A stretch of 64,000 nucleotides of DNA from the NCBI RefSeq assembly GCF_006345805.1, contig NC_042997.1, forward strand, positions 22,630,001 through 22,694,000. The letters are read 5' to 3'. A program made the position numbers and the translations under genes. The DNA comes from Octopus sinensis (lineage: Eukaryota). Position 1 is the first letter of the stretch. The number at the start of each line of letters is the position of its first letter. Under the pieces are notes generated by a model that was given only the letters and a program-made list of their open reading frames with translations, did no database searches and was not told the DNA's origin. Positions 50,008-61,406 of the stretch are shown one piece after another.

Positions 50008-53000
50008 GGTGACTTCAATGGTCACGTTGGACGACATGCTGGGGGCTTCCATGGCGTACATGGAGGCTATGGCTATGGCTCCCGCAACGAGGAGGGAACC
50101 AGGCTGCTGGAGTTCTGCGATGCAAATAATCTTATGATTTGCAACACTAACTTCAGGAAACCTACCAGCCACCTAGTCACTTACCAATCGGGCCAACATA
50201 CCAGCCAAATTGACTACATCCTTACAAGGCAAAGGGAGAGATGGCTGCTTATAAATGCCAAAACCTTCCCAGGTGAAGAATGTACCCCACAACATAGACT
50301 GGTAGTTAGTAACTTTAGGATCAGGACTAGGAGGACAACCAGAAGACGACAAATATGGAGAAGAAGGATCTGGAAGCTTAAAGATCCTGCAAATGGACAG
50401 AGATTTAGGGACATATTACTTGAAGCCTCTGACGAAGTAGAAGGGGATAGAGCATCACAGGGGGTAGAAGACAGCTGGACGTTTCTAAGGGACAACCTGC
50501 TGAGAGCCACTGACCAGATCTGTGGCTGGTGCAAAGTCCCCTCTCGACCTAGAATAACGTGGTGGTGGAACAATATTGTAGACAGGGCTATTAGAGAAAA
50601 GAGACAGGCTTGGAAGGTCTGGAAAAATGGGGGTAGCAGGGAATTGTATCAGACTGCCAAAAGAGAAGCTAGGAGACAGGTTTATTTAGCCAGAGGGGAA
50701 GCAGATAAGAAAAAATTTGCCAATGTTCTGCGCCGTGAGGACCAAAGACTGGAGGTGTTTCGTGTTGCAAGACAGTGTGTGAGAGAGAATCGTGATGTGG
50801 TAGGAGAGAAGTGTGTTCGCATGGAAGATGGTTCACTTGCGCTAAATGAGGATGCAAAGAGAGAGGTTTGGAGATGCCACTATGAAAGGTTGCTGAATGA
50901 AGAAAATGAATGGGATAAAGAGAGTCTGCCGAATGTTGACCCAACAGAGGGACCAGCTATCCGAGTTGATAGTTCTGTGGTAGCTAAGGCAATTAGAAGC
51001 ATGAAGACAGGGAAAGCCCCAGGCCCATCAGGAATCACTGCAGAGATGCTCAAAATGTCTGGTAGTGTCGGCTATAGCCTAGTCACCCATATAGTTAATC
51101 AGGTGATACACAAAGGAGTCATACCCAATGACTGGTGTAGCAGTATAATAGTCAACTGCTACAAAGGTAAAGGTGATGCCCTAGATACAAATAACTACAG
51201 AGGTATCAAGCTGTTGGACCAGGTGATGAAGGTTACGGAGAGGGTCATAGCCCAACTAATTAGAGAGAGAGTTAGTTTAGATGAGATGCAGTTTGGGTTT
51301 GTGCCAGGGAAAAGTACTACTGATGCTATATTCCTGGTAAGGCAGCTGCAGGAGAAATACCTAGCCAAAGATAAGCCCCTGTATCTGGCTTTTGTTGACA
51401 TGGAGAAAGCCTTCGACAGGGTCCCCCGATCCCTTATCTGGTGAGCAATGAGAAAACTAGGGATAGATGAATGGTTAGTGAGAGCTGTGCGGGCCATGTA
51501 TAGGGACGCCGCTAGTAGGGTGAGGGTTGGAAATGAGTACAGTGAAGAATTCCGGGTAGAGGTAGGGGTCCACCAAGGCTCAGTACTCAGCCCCCTCCTA
51601 TTTATCATAGTCCTCCAGGCAATAACGGAGGAATTCAAGACAGGATGCCCTTGGGAGCTCCTCTATGCTGATGACCTTGCTCTAATTGCTGAGTCGCTAT
51701 CAGAACTGGAGGAGAAGTTCCAGGTGTGGAAACAAGGATTAGAATCGAAGGGCCTCAGAGTCAATCTAGCTAAAACCAAAGTCGTAATCAGTAGGAAGGT
51801 AGACAAATCACAAACACCTTCAGGTAGATGGCCCTGCTCGATCTGTAGAAAAGGTGTAGGTAGAAACTCTATAAGATGCACCAAGTGTAAGCTATGGACA
51901 CATAAGAGATGCAGCAATGTCAAAGGAAGGCTAACTAGGAAGATGGTTTTTGTATGTGGCAGATGCTCAGGAACAATAAACACTGAAAATGCTCTGAGAC
52001 CAACTTCCGTCACTTTCCAGGGAGAAAAACTAGAAATAGTTGATAGTTTCCGTTACCTAGGTGACCAAGTCAGCAGCGGGGGCGGGTGTGCTGAAAGTGT
52101 AACTGCTAGAGTAAGAATAGCTTGGGCAAAGTTCAGAGAGCTCTTACCTCTGCTGGTGACAAAAGGCCTCTCGCACAGAGTGAAAGGCAGACTGTATGAT
52201 GCGTGTGTACGAACAGCCATGCTACATGGCAGTGAAACATGGGCCGTGACTGCTGAGGAAATGCGTAAGCTCACTAGAAATGAAGCCAGTATGCTCCGAT
52301 GGATGTGTAATGCCGGTACTCACACTCGGCAGAGTGTAAGTACCTTGAGAGAAAAGCTGGACCTAAGAAGCATCAGTTGTGGTGTGCAAGAGAGACGTTT
52401 GCGCTGGTATGGTCATGTGGCGAGAATGGATGAAGATAGTTGTGTGAAAAAGTGCCACACCCTAGCGGTTGAGGGAACCTGTGGAAGAGGCAGACCCAGG
52501 AAAACCTGGGACGAGGTGGTGAAGCACGACCTTCGAACTTTAGGTCTCACTGAGGAAATGACTAGAGACCGAGACCTCTGGAAGTGTGCTGTGTGCGAGA
52601 AGACCCGGCAGGACAAGTGAGTCCACAACCCGTGGCCTTCTACATGGGATGGAGCCAGCCTACGTATGCATACCTTCCCTTCTTGGGACACAAAACTCTA
52701 CTTGTGAAGACGTGTTGAGGCAAGTGAGGATCAGAATCAAAATCGATCAATGGAAATTGTGGATGTGCTACCAGTGCCGGTGGCATGTCGAAACTCTGCT
52801 TGTGAAGACCCATTGAGGCAAGTGAGGATCAGAATCGAAATCGATCAATGGAAATCGATCAATGGAAATTGCAGATGTGTTACCAGTGCCGGTGGCATGT
52901 AAGAGAACTTTCCGTTTCGGGACCGTTGCCAGCACTGCCCCATTTCGTGTCCATTGCCAGCCTCACCTGGCCCTCGTGCCGGTGGCACATAAAAAGCACC

Positions 53001-53232
53001 ATCCGTTCGTGGCCGTTTGCCAGCTCTGTCTGGCACCAGTGCGGGTGGCACGTAAAAAGCACCCACTACACTCACGGAGTGGTTGGCGTTAGGAAGGGCA
53101 TCCAGCCGTAGAAACACTGCCAGATTTGACTGGGCCTGATGAAGCCTTCTGGCTTCACAGACCCCAGTAGAACCGTCCAACCCATGCTAGCATGGAAAAC
53201 GGACGCTAAATGATGATGATGATGATGATGAT
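50008..53232 (+). mobile_element. Near-intact 5'-truncated RTE LINE: EN C-terminus, RT, PHD finger, thumb, 3'UTR, (GAT)n tail
   Basis: One reading frame from GDFNGHVG (50008) to TGA 52618-52620, broken only by TGA at 51442-51444; QIDYIL, KAPGPSG, YRGIKL, QFGF, HQGSVLSP, YADD (51664-51675), FRYLG, MLHGSETW. Confidence 0.95.
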
Positions 53233-53790
53233 GCATGATCTTCTACTCATATATGCTCATATATGATCTTCTGCTCATATATATCATCTGATGATATGTT
53301 GTGGTAAAGTCATACAACTTCTTGGGGCATGTATTTAAGGTTATCAGATAAGGAATGCTGCTTAAGGAGCTGCCTTCCAAGTCTTATGATGTTATCAGCC
53401 TCATGTATGCAAACTTGATCAAGGGATGCACTTCAACACTTGGTGGTTAGAAGATGCAACTGAAGGGAAATGATACAACATTTAAAGGCATTTGGGATCG
53501 ATGTTAAGTTTCTACCACCTTGTTTTCATTTTAGGTAGAGGCAGTTTATATCACTCTTTATGTGGAAACAATGTGTGCTTGTTAGTATTTTCCAGCTTTT
53601 CACATCAATAGCTCAGATCTCATCAAGCGTCCAATCAAGCAGCCCAAATATTGGTATGAGAACTGGCACTGAAAACACATTGTGGGCCACTGTTTTACTG
53701 AATGCAGAGTGTTCCAAGGTCCAAATTTTCCTATCTCAATTAGAAGTTCAACATCTTTTTACAATGATTATGTTCAACTGATATGAATTA
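53233..53790 (-). mobile_element. R4/Dong-like LINE, upstream part interrupted by the RTE
   Basis: KIWTLEHSAFSKTVAHNVFSVPVLIPIFGLLDWTLDEI*AIDVKSWKILT..FHIKSDINCLYL..GGRNL..HEADNIIRLG..EKIMH continues into the 49050-50007 peptide. Confidence 0.78.
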
Positions 53791-54652
53791 TTTATTGAAC
53801 AGACATTGTTTGGCATCACCAATCTATGTATTTGATGGCAAGATATATGTCATAAATATAAACTAGAAAAAGAACTAGCTCAAAAAATTGAGCCATGTGT
53901 CTGTTACACTAAGATTCACAGATTTTTTAACTGAGAAAATAACAGACAAAAATACACTCTGAAAAGGAAATATATAAGATTTATATATGGGTTTAAAAGT
54001 TCACATAAGTTATAATGATAGAATTTAATTATGAAGGGTGTATGGTCAACAGTATAAAATTCCTTGCTAGATTAACACTGATTCCATGTACATGCTTAGA
54101 GGGTTTCCAATTATTTTACATAAAGTTATATGTACAGACAAATGGCTCTTTTGGAAACCAAACATTATAGAATACAGTTATTGGAACTTTTCAAAAAATC
54201 AGTGGCATGAGAGTATTTTATTCTCAAGAATATTTTCAAGAAGTGAAGTAGAATAGATTAAAGATCTGGGTTAGAGGTTTGTATAAGCCCTAGTTAAAAT
54301 CTACAAGGTTTTTGGATAGACATGCCTACAAGAGAATCACACAAATAACTATATCTAAAAGTAGAGAAAATTAACAGGACAATTAAAATGTGTTATCCAA
54401 AGTATTTAGAACACCAAGTTCATGATACTTTTGAATTCAGCTCCACAAACTACTGGTTTAGTTACAGAAAATTAAACTGATAAAGCATGAAAATGAGATT
54501 GTTCATTTAACCTATATTAATATAATTTCCATCTAATTAACCAAAGATTATAATTTGCTTATTTAGTCAACTACAGTTTGATAAGAACATTTACCAATAT
54601 ACCTTGTTTTGCTCATACTGTAGTCTCTGCTTAATCTCCAGGTATCTTAGAC

Positions 54653-54781
54653 ATGGCTACTACACTGAAAGAGATATGTGGGGGTCTTCCCCAAGATTTG
54701 CTTCCAGAAAACCGTCCCAGAGATTTATCTGTTCCACATGCTCCAGTTCGAACACCCAAACTATCTAACGAAGAAAAGAAA
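54653..54781 (+). CDS. UROC1: Urocanate hydratase first coding exon (MATTLKEICGGLPQDLLPENRPRDLSVPHAPVRTPKLSNEEKK)
   Basis: Matches remembered animal UROC1 N-terminus (LC.GLP...PEN...VPHAPVRTP.LS..EK); donor gtcagt; a ctccag acceptor just upstream implies a separate 5'UTR exon. Confidence 0.93.
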
Positions 54782-54879
54782 GTCAGTTATTAGTTTATTT
54801 ATTTATTTATTTATTTATTTATTTGTCTTTTATATAATTCACTAAGAACTTATAGCCAATTTGTATTTGGTTAAGACAT

Positions 54880-54886
<7 letters not shown>

Positions 54887-54972
<86 letters not shown>

Positions 54973-54974
54973 TC

Positions 54975-55011
<37 letters not shown>

Positions 55012-55129
55012 CTTAAAATAAAAAACCTATAAATCTTGCGATTATAGTTCCTGAGTTTCCTGATTGAAATAATAATTCATTCTGCCATTCATCCAGCTAA
55101 AATCAAAACTGTTTCTTATATATATGCAG

Positions 55130-55168
<39 letters not shown>

Positions 55169-55213
55169 ACACACACACACACACATACACACACACACAC
55201 ACATATATATGAA

Positions 55214-55249
<36 letters not shown>

Positions 55250-55279
55250 TTCACACATACGCACATATATATATATGAA

Positions 55280-55329
<50 letters not shown>

Positions 55330-55330
55330 A
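54887..55330. repeat. Compound (CT)n, (TA)n, (CA)n microsatellite block
   Basis: Direct inspection, UROC1 intron after the first coding exon. Confidence 0.95.
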
Positions 55331-55490
55331 ACAAAAAATACATACAATGAAAATTATATCTTTATTTTAGATCACACCTTATAAATCTGACCAACTTGTT
55401 TCAATTGTATTAACATATGTATATTGAATTGAATTGGACTAGTTTCAGCTCACAAGATGTGGGGGCACCACCACTTAAAATGCGTGAGAT

Positions 55491-55582
55491 GCTTACACCT
55501 ATCTAAGTACTCACTAGGCTTGACATTGCTTAACTTTAATGATCAGACGAGAACCAGTGCATTCAATGTGATATGGCTGTAA
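55491..55582 (-). pseudogene. 5S rRNA pseudogene with internal deletion
   Basis: Reverse complement TACAGCCATATCACATTGAATGCACTGGTTCTCGTCTGATCATTAAAGTTAAGCAATGTCAAGCCTAGTGAGTACTTAGATAGGTG-TAAGC; lacks the ~25-nt ACCGCCTGGGAATACC segment. Confidence 0.8.
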
Positions 55583-56393
55583 TATATTTTCTTTTTGTCA
55601 TCTGTGATTTTATCTTTGATCTTCTATATAAATGAAGATATTTCCTCCATTTGGCTGCTTTTTTTCTACAAAAGGGGAACTTACAGTGCAGAACAGTTAT
55701 TTTAAGGAGTAGTATTTATTTATCACCTGACAAGATACATCTGCACCACCAAATTGCTCCTGAAGCAGTTGTTGAGTGTCTCGCTCATGAGGAATTGATG
55801 CTAGATGTCATGATTAATAATAAATTCTTGTATCTTCCATCTTCCATCTTTCATTTGCCATATGTGTGTGTGTGTGTGTATATATGTGTATATTTCTTAT
55901 ATAATAAACAGATAAAGATTCTCACTTTGTGTAAAAATATAACTTGTTAGTATCTGGACAGATTTTTTATCTAAGATATCTGATGAGCCTACACTGCAGT
56001 AGGGGCCACAAAGAAAAGCAGCTCCATCGAACTCATAACTTCACCAGGTGCCCCAGCATGGCCACGGCCTTCAGGCTAAAACATTTTAAAGTATTTTAAG
56101 GATTTATATATATATATATATATAAAATACCATTAAAATTAAATAATAATATCCTCAAAAATATATGTTAATACAACATTATCAAGGTTATCCAAAATTA
56201 GTGAAATTGCAACTGAACATCTGAAAAAAATTTACCAATTAATAAACACTAACAAAAGAAATGCCTAAATTGAATCCAGCTAGTAGTATTCAGTGCTCTA
56301 ACCATACATCCATGTTAAGTTGGGTACAAAGATTACCTTTTGGTATTAATATTATTTCTGTCACTAATAATTATATATATAAATATACAAATA

Positions 56394-56877
56394 TACCGTA
56401 AATCCTCAAGTATAGTCTGTCCTTGAGTATAATATGCAGAGGATTTTTAGGGAGTTGTACCTCTGAAAACCCTAAACCTTGTGTATAATACGCACCCCTT
56501 CTCAAACTTGAGTCAAGGAGTTCTATATAACGTCCATGGTTTGTAAAAATGTATACAGTAACGTCCTTTATTATTATTGAATATATAACACAATGCAAAT
56601 GTGTAGCTTTTTTGTGCATTTTGTTTGCAGAAAATAAAGAAATAGCAGTAATAACGTTTAATAAATGTTGCTAACTGCAAGTTATGAATGATTTAAGGTA
56701 TTTTTGCACCCGACATCACAAAACGCATCTGAATAAACATTGCCGGACAGCAAATAGAGACTCGGACATAGCTTAGAAAATAATTTTCATTTTTAACCTC
56801 GTATATAGTATGCACTAGGGATTTTAACCTTTAAATTTTGGGGAAAAAATGCAGATTATACTCGTGGATTTACAGTA
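56394..56877. mobile_element. ~480-bp MITE with 26-bp TIRs bounded by TA
   Basis: TACCGTAAATCCTCAAGTATAGTCTG vs reverse complement TACTGTAAATCCACGAGTATAATCTG. Confidence 0.75.
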
Positions 56878-56959
56878 TTTGTGTATGTGTTTGTGTATCT
56901 CCTTCTAGTTTTCTGTTGTTTCATTGTAGAAGACTAAACTGGGAATACAGCCCAAATCT

Positions 56960-57140
56960 GAAATTGCAGTGTATTTCAGCAAAGATTTGAAAATATACAA
57001 GTTTCTTTGTCCTAACACTGTTAGAGCCACCTCCTGAAGTACTGCCTTGATGTTCTCAGTCAGGGGATTTATATCATCTTCTGGGGAGTTAAGGGCTGCA
57101 AACCTACCACCTACTTTTGCCAAAAGTAGGCGGTAGGTTT
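56960..57140 (-). mobile_element. RTE/BovB-like EN-RT linker fragment
   Basis: KVGGRFAALNSPEDDINPLTENIKAVLQEVALTVLG resembles the RTE linker (GG.FA.L..A..VLG). Confidence 0.55.
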
Positions 57141-57862
57141 ACACAGCCAAAGTAAGCTCTGTCATCATCTGTATGCCAGTATCCAGCAGGTTCATCACCA
57201 TATGTGTGGCTGCAAGGCCACAGAATACTGATTTCAAATATTGGCATAAGGCCTGAAACTTGGCAGGTGGAGATAAGTCAATTACACCAACCTCAGTGTT
57301 TGACTAGTACTTATTTTATCCCCAGTGTTCAACTGATACTTATTTTATTGACCCTGAAAGGATAAAAGATAAAGTTGGCCTCAGCAGAATTTGCGAGGTT
57401 GATTATAAGCAGCAATCATTTGCAAAGGTTGATGAAATTGACATATTCCTCTGCCTAAATTTGTTGTCCTTGTACCAAAAATTAGAAAGAATTATTATTG
57501 TTATTTTTAGAATTTTTGCAGTGCTAAAAACTGAATTTCTGGATTCGCTTGTTAAAACTAGTTCTTCCTTAACTACATTTAAAACTTCTTGGGTAAAAAG
57601 ATGCTTTTTTTTCTATGAGAATATGAAGACATCATAATGAAGAAATGTCTGCTGTATCAGTTAACTTCATTAATCATAATATAAATCTTGAACTTGCCAA
57701 ATTATACTTCAAAAATAAAATTTCAGTATGCTGATATTTTGTTAGATTGTACCTGTTTTTGTTTAATAACATTTCTATATTTAATTAACCCTTGAAATTT
57801 CCTCAAAATTTAACTTATGCATATACATTATGTATTTTATATATTATAATTATTTCTACTAG

Positions 57863-57993
57863 CTAGCGTTGCAGAATGCTTTACGATACTTTCCACCAAA
57901 ATTTCACCAAGTTTTAGCACCAGAGTTTGCAGCAGAACTTCAAGACTATGGCCACATCTATATGTACCGCTTTCGTCCCATCTTGAATATGAA
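57863..57993 (+). CDS. UROC1: UROC1 coding exon 2 (LALQNALRYFPP...ELQDYGHIYMYRFRPILNM)
   Basis: ctactag/gtaatc, 131 nt; NALRYFP and YGHIYMYRF are conserved. Confidence 0.96.
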
Positions 57994-58314
57994 GTAATCA
58001 TTACTTTTATTAATTTCTTTTCTTTTATTATATTTTTAATGTGAAACAATTATTGTAATTAGGATACTGGATTACTAACAAAAAATACACAAAAGCTATT
58101 AAAATATATTTAAAAATAAATATATGTGCCCATAAACACACATATATATATTGATATCAGAAAGGTAGTGATAAGTAAATATAGTTTAGTTAATCATCTT
58201 AATTTCAGCCACTTAAAATTGATTGCAAAATGCATTGATCATGATTTTAGTCACAAACTAAATAAAAACAAATCATAATTATAAAGTTTATATTAATTAT
58301 ATAAATTATAAAAT

Positions 58315-58890
58315 CATCATCATCATTATTTAACGGCCGTTTTCCATGCTGGCATGGGTTGGACGTTTGATGAGGATTGGTGAGCCAGAGGCTGCACCAG
58401 GCTCGTTCTCATCTGACAAAGTTTCTACAGCTGGATGCCCTTCCTAACACCAACCACTCCAAGAGTGTAGCAGGTGCTTTTTACATGCCACCAGCATGAG
58501 GGCCAGTCAGGCAGTTCTGGCAATGACCACACTCAAAAGATGTTTTTGTGTGCTATCTGCATGGGAGCAAATCCGGCAGCACTGGCAATGACCACACTCG
58601 AATGTCTCTTTTTTTCACGTGTCATTGGCACATGTGCCAGTAAGGCGATGCTGGCAACAATCACACTCAAATGGTGCTTTTCACATGTCACCGGCACAGG
58701 AGCCAATCCATGGCCCTGGCAATGATATGCTTCTTTTAATGTTCCACTGGCATGAGTGCCAATCAGGTGGTACTGACATTGGCCACATCAGCAATTTTGA
58801 TTTGTATACACTTGCCTCAATAGATCTTTGCAAGCAAAGTTCATTGTCCAGTGAATGAGGGGTACTCATAAGTAGGCCGGTTACACCCCA
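58315..58890 (-). mobile_element. RTE 3'UTR/tail fragment (representative; similar at 13380-13550, 22440-22635, 26505-26760, 32645-32945, 35630-36150, 45540-45800, 62880-63080)
   Basis: (CAT)n-TTTAACG.CCGTTTTCCATGCTGGCATGGGTTGGAC..CAGCTGGATGCCCTTCCTAAC matches the reverse complement of the 3' end of 50008-53232. Confidence 0.85.
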
Positions 58891-59493
58891 CATTCGGATG
58901 TGCTTTTAACATTCTACTGGCAACCCTACTCAGAATTCCCCTACTCCTACTAAAAATTCTTCACTGTACTCGTTGCCAACCCTCATCTTACTGACAACAT
59001 CCCTGTACATGGCTTGCACAGCTCTCACTGTGTGTGACAAGCTTCTTTCAGTTTCCATCTACTAAATTCACTCACAAGGCTTTGGTTAGCTTGGGTCTAT
59101 ACTAGAAGACACTTGTCCAAAGTGGCATGCAATGAGATTGAACCCAAGACTACATGGTTGGGAAACAAGCCTCTTAACCACTGGGTTTGTGTGTATGTAT
59201 GTTGGTGAGGGATTACCAATACATTGGTGCATTGAACAAAAATACACTGTAGTATTTTTTCTGCCTGAGTAATATTCTTTTACGCTGTCGCAGTCATAGT
59301 TATCAATTAAATAAGTATCAAAATATCACAAAAAATTTTTGAATGCACTGCTCCAGACTGACCGTCAAGCAAAGAGTCTGAAACAAATAAAAGAATAAGT
59401 GAATAAATGAATGCATATTAAATCTAAAAAAGAGATTATATAACTACTATAGTTTGTCATTTTATTTTTCTCCCCCATGCCTTCTGTATGAAG

Positions 59494-59647
59494 GGCATAC
59501 CCAATAAGAGAATACCCTGCGAAATGTCTCCAAGCTGCTGCCATTATGCACATGATTATGAACAACCTGAATCCAGAAGTTGCACAGTTTCCTCATGAAC
59601 TTGTCACTTATGGAGGTAATGGACAAGTATTTTCCAACTGGATCCAG
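59494..59647 (+). CDS. UROC1: UROC1 coding exon 3 (AYPIREYP...IMHMIMNNLNPEVAQFPHELVTYGGNGQVFSNWIQ)
   Basis: atgaag/gtgagt, 154 nt; urocanase signature NNL.P.VAQFP.ELVTYGGNGQ. Confidence 0.97.
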
Positions 59648-59654
59648 GTGAGTA

Positions 59655-60036
59655 TCTCTCTCTATATAAACGGCAGTTTGTCTGTGCGTGTTTCTGTGTG
59701 TCTGTTTTCTCGTACCCTCACCCTGACCACGGCTTTCAACCGATTCTGATGAAACTTGACACACACATAGCCCAATGTCATAATTCAAAACTAACGCAGC
59801 GAAAATTTTGAAAAGTTCCCCCAGTTCTGAAAAAAATCGATAAATTCGACATGGGGTCGAGAATAAAAAAAAACAAACCACAGACTGTCTAGGGGACGCA
59901 ACTTTTATTACTCTCAAAAAAAAAATTTACCATCATTTTTTTTCCATTTTTTTGCTATTTTTTGGCTATAACTCTCTAAAAATGCTTTATAGTTATTTCC
60001 CTTACAAACCTGAGCAACGCCGGGCGATACTGCTAG
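59655..60036 (+). mobile_element. Non-autonomous Helitron (short variant)
   Basis: A|TCTCTCTCTATATAAA start, hairpin CCTGAGCAACGCCGGG, CTAG|T end; inserted 7 nt into a UROC1 intron. Confidence 0.85.
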
Positions 60037-60248
60037 TTTAGAATAAGTGTATAGTATTTCTCCTATTTCTTCATTTCTGTTTCACTTTCTAATCCTGCCG
60101 TTATTTATTTATTCTTGTCAAATGATTGAATGACTGGAATAATCCGTATAGAATATTACTAGTACCAAATGAAATATAATTAAAAAGACTAAAAAAAAAA
60201 ATAGGATGAACAAATAAGAAATTATACGTATAGATGTTGTTGTCTTTT

Positions 60249-61406
60249 TCTTCTTCTTCTTCTTCTTCTTCTTCTTCTTCTTCTTCTTCTTCTTCGTCTT
60301 CTTCTTCTTCTTCTTCTTCTTCTTCTTCTTCTTCTTCTTCTTCTTCTTCGTCTTCCTCGTCCTTCTTCTTCTTCGTCTTCTTCTTCTTCTTCTCTTCTTC
60401 TTCTTCTTTTCGTCTTCTTCTTCGTCTTCTTCGTCCTCTTTTCTTCTTCTTCTTCTTATTCTTCTCTTCTTCTTTTCTTCTTCTTCGTCTTTTCTTCGTC
60501 TTCTTCTTCTCGTCTTCTTCGTCTTCTTCTTCGTCTTCTTCTTCTTCTCTTCTTCTTCTTCTTCTTCTTCTTCTTCTTCTTCTTCTTCTTCTTTCGTCTT
60601 CTTCTTCTTCTCCTTCTTCTTTTCTTCTTCTTCGTCTTCTTCTTCGTCTTCTTCTTCTTCGTCTTCTTCGTCTTCTTCTTCGTCTTATTCTTCTTCTTCT
60701 TCTCCTTCTTCTTCTTCTTCTCTATTCGTCTCCTCGTCCTTCTTCTTCGTCGTCTTTCGTCTTCTTCGTCTTCTTCTTCTTCTTATTCTTCTTCTTCTTC
60801 GTTCTTCTTCTTCTCTTTTCTCCTTCTTCTTTTCTCTTCTTCTCCTTCTTCTTCTTCTTCTTTTCTTCTTCTTCGTTCTTCTTCGTCTTCTTCTTCTTCT
60901 TCTTCTTCTTCTTCTTCTTCCTCGTCACTTCTCTTCTTCGTCTTCTTCTTCTTCTCCTTTTCTTCTTCTTCTTCTTCTTCTTCTCTTCTTCTTCTTCTTC
61001 TTCTTCTTCGTCTTCCTCGTCCTTCTTCTTCTTCGTCTTCTTGTCTTCTTCTTCTTCTTCTTCTTATCTTAGTCTTCTTCTTCTCCTTCTTCTTCTTCTT
61101 CTTCTCCTTCTTCTCCTTCTTCTTCTTCTTCTTCTTCTTCTTCTTCTTCTTCGTCTTCTTCTTCGTCTTCTTCTTCTTCTTCTTCTTCTTCTTCTTCTTC
61201 TTCTTCCTCGTCCACTTCTTCTTCTTCGTCTTCTTCTTCTTCTTCTCCTTCTCTTCTCTTCTTTTCTTCTTCTTCTTCTTCTTCTTCTTCTTCGTCTTCT
61301 TCTTCTTCGTCTTCTTCTTCGTCTTCTTCGTCTTCTTCGTCTTCTTCTTCGTCTTCTTCTTCTTCTTCTTCTTCTTCTTCTTCTTCTTCTTCTTCTCTTC
61401 TTCTTC
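60249..61406. repeat. ~1.15-kb interrupted (CTT)n/(CGT) polypyrimidine microsatellite
   Basis: Almost pure C/T on the + strand with scattered CGT units and 1-nt slips. Confidence 0.95.
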
